A stretch of 64,000 nucleotides of DNA from Isurus oxyrinchus (taxonomy: Eukaryota): NCBI GenBank assembly GCA_026770705.1, contig JANJGN010000004.1:139996001-140060000 (forward strand). Reading direction: 5' to 3'. The number at the start of each line of letters is the position of its first letter. Within the stretch, counting starts at the first letter, position 1. Under the pieces are notes generated by a model, which saw nothing but the letters and a program-made list of their open reading frames with translations, searched no databases and was not told where the DNA came from. The position numbers were made by a program, and so were the translations under genes. This document shows, piece after piece, positions 63,071-64,000 of the stretch.

Positions 63071-64000
63071 AATGTTTCAAGTTGATTATCCTTCATCATA
63101 ACTTACTGACAGCTCTAATGAAGAGCCACTGACTTGAAACAGTAACTCCGTTTCTATCTACAGAAGTTACCTAACTTGCCAAGTATTTCCAACATTTTCT
63201 GTTTTCATTTAATACACCTCTGTATCCTGTCACTCAACCAACTTCGTATCCATTCATCCACTCACCTTTTTATTCCATAATTTATTCCATAAATTTTGCA
63301 GCAGTGATTGGCTTCTTCCACGTCCAAGGCTTTCAACACACATTAAGGCAAGCCAGCAGCTTGTGTGAACAAGAAGGGCTTCCATTCTACTGACATTCAA
63401 TACAGAAGGAGAATGTAAATCTATGCCACTTTTGCTGAAAGCTGCCTTCATCCTACGATATACATTCATTCCACTTTCGCACCTATTGAGGATTATTTCA
63501 CCTGTCAGCCAGACTGGCTGATAACATCTTCTGAAATCTGACCACACGCGAGCAACACAGGTACAATGGAACAACCAGGAATAACATGGAGCATCCCATT
63601 GGCATTCTGAAGCTTTGATGACTCTGGGGGCTCAGTACAATGTAGCCCAAACAAGGTGGACCACATCATTGTACTTTTAAGCTTTCGGCACACCTGACAA
63701 CTTCTATGTGCTTCAGTATCTGATGATTTCTGAGACAGCACTTCAGCTGACAGCTCCATCTGGACTAACTTTCTGACAACTGGCATAAGTGATATTGGTT
63801 AAGAGAAAACATTATCCCTTAATAATCAGCTTGGCTTAACTGTCAATGCTCACACCTTTTACTTTCTGCTAATAAGCAGCCATTCGCACATTTAGCACAC
63901 TTTGATGGTGTCTAATTGTAAAGCCTGATGTACGAAAAATATGAACTAACACAGGACTTAGGCAAGAATACAAATTTATACCGTGTGATGGGATTAAGTT

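Noticed and set aside
63110-63150. Additional hammerhead motifs (also about 3870-3910 and 21870-21940)
   Set aside because: The core is mutated (ctaatga...ttgaaacag) and the stems are broken, so they are unlikely to be active.
1-64000. Most ORFs in the supplied track as independent genes
   Set aside because: They are fragments or antisense shadows of LINE, Gypsy or Harbinger coding sequence, or chance ORFs. Only the ADGRV1 exons form a coherent spliced gene.

Overview
This is vertebrate DNA, and its repeat content (CR1/HER1-like LINEs, SacSINE1-like DeuSINE, Penelope-like terminal repeats) points to a cartilaginous fish, probably a shark. The whole window lies inside one minus-strand gene, ADGRV1 (VLGR1/GPR98, the giant Calx-beta adhesion GPCR). 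I traced 11 consecutive coding exons by hand (245, 182, 812, 210, 131, 100, 180, 164, 94, 79 and 139 bp). All have GT-AG boundaries and compatible phases, and 4 of them are absent from the supplied ORF track. The introns are packed with decayed transposons: several CR1 LINEs (one with an esterase ORF1), a second LINE family with a partner tRNA-SINE, a full-length Mag-type Gypsy element, a full-length PIF/Harbinger element with its MITE family, and short Penelope-like repeats. The most notable observations are: (1) minimal hammerhead-ribozyme motifs in the ADGRV1 pre-mRNA sense; (2) two independently inserted CR1 copies sharing the same two nonsense codons; (3) a PAN/apple-like cysteine module inside the 812-bp exon; (4) a four-level nested insertion whose two innermost TSDs are intact. 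There are no prokaryotic features. Family names come from motif recognition, not database searches, and repeat boundaries are approximate unless a TSD is quoted.
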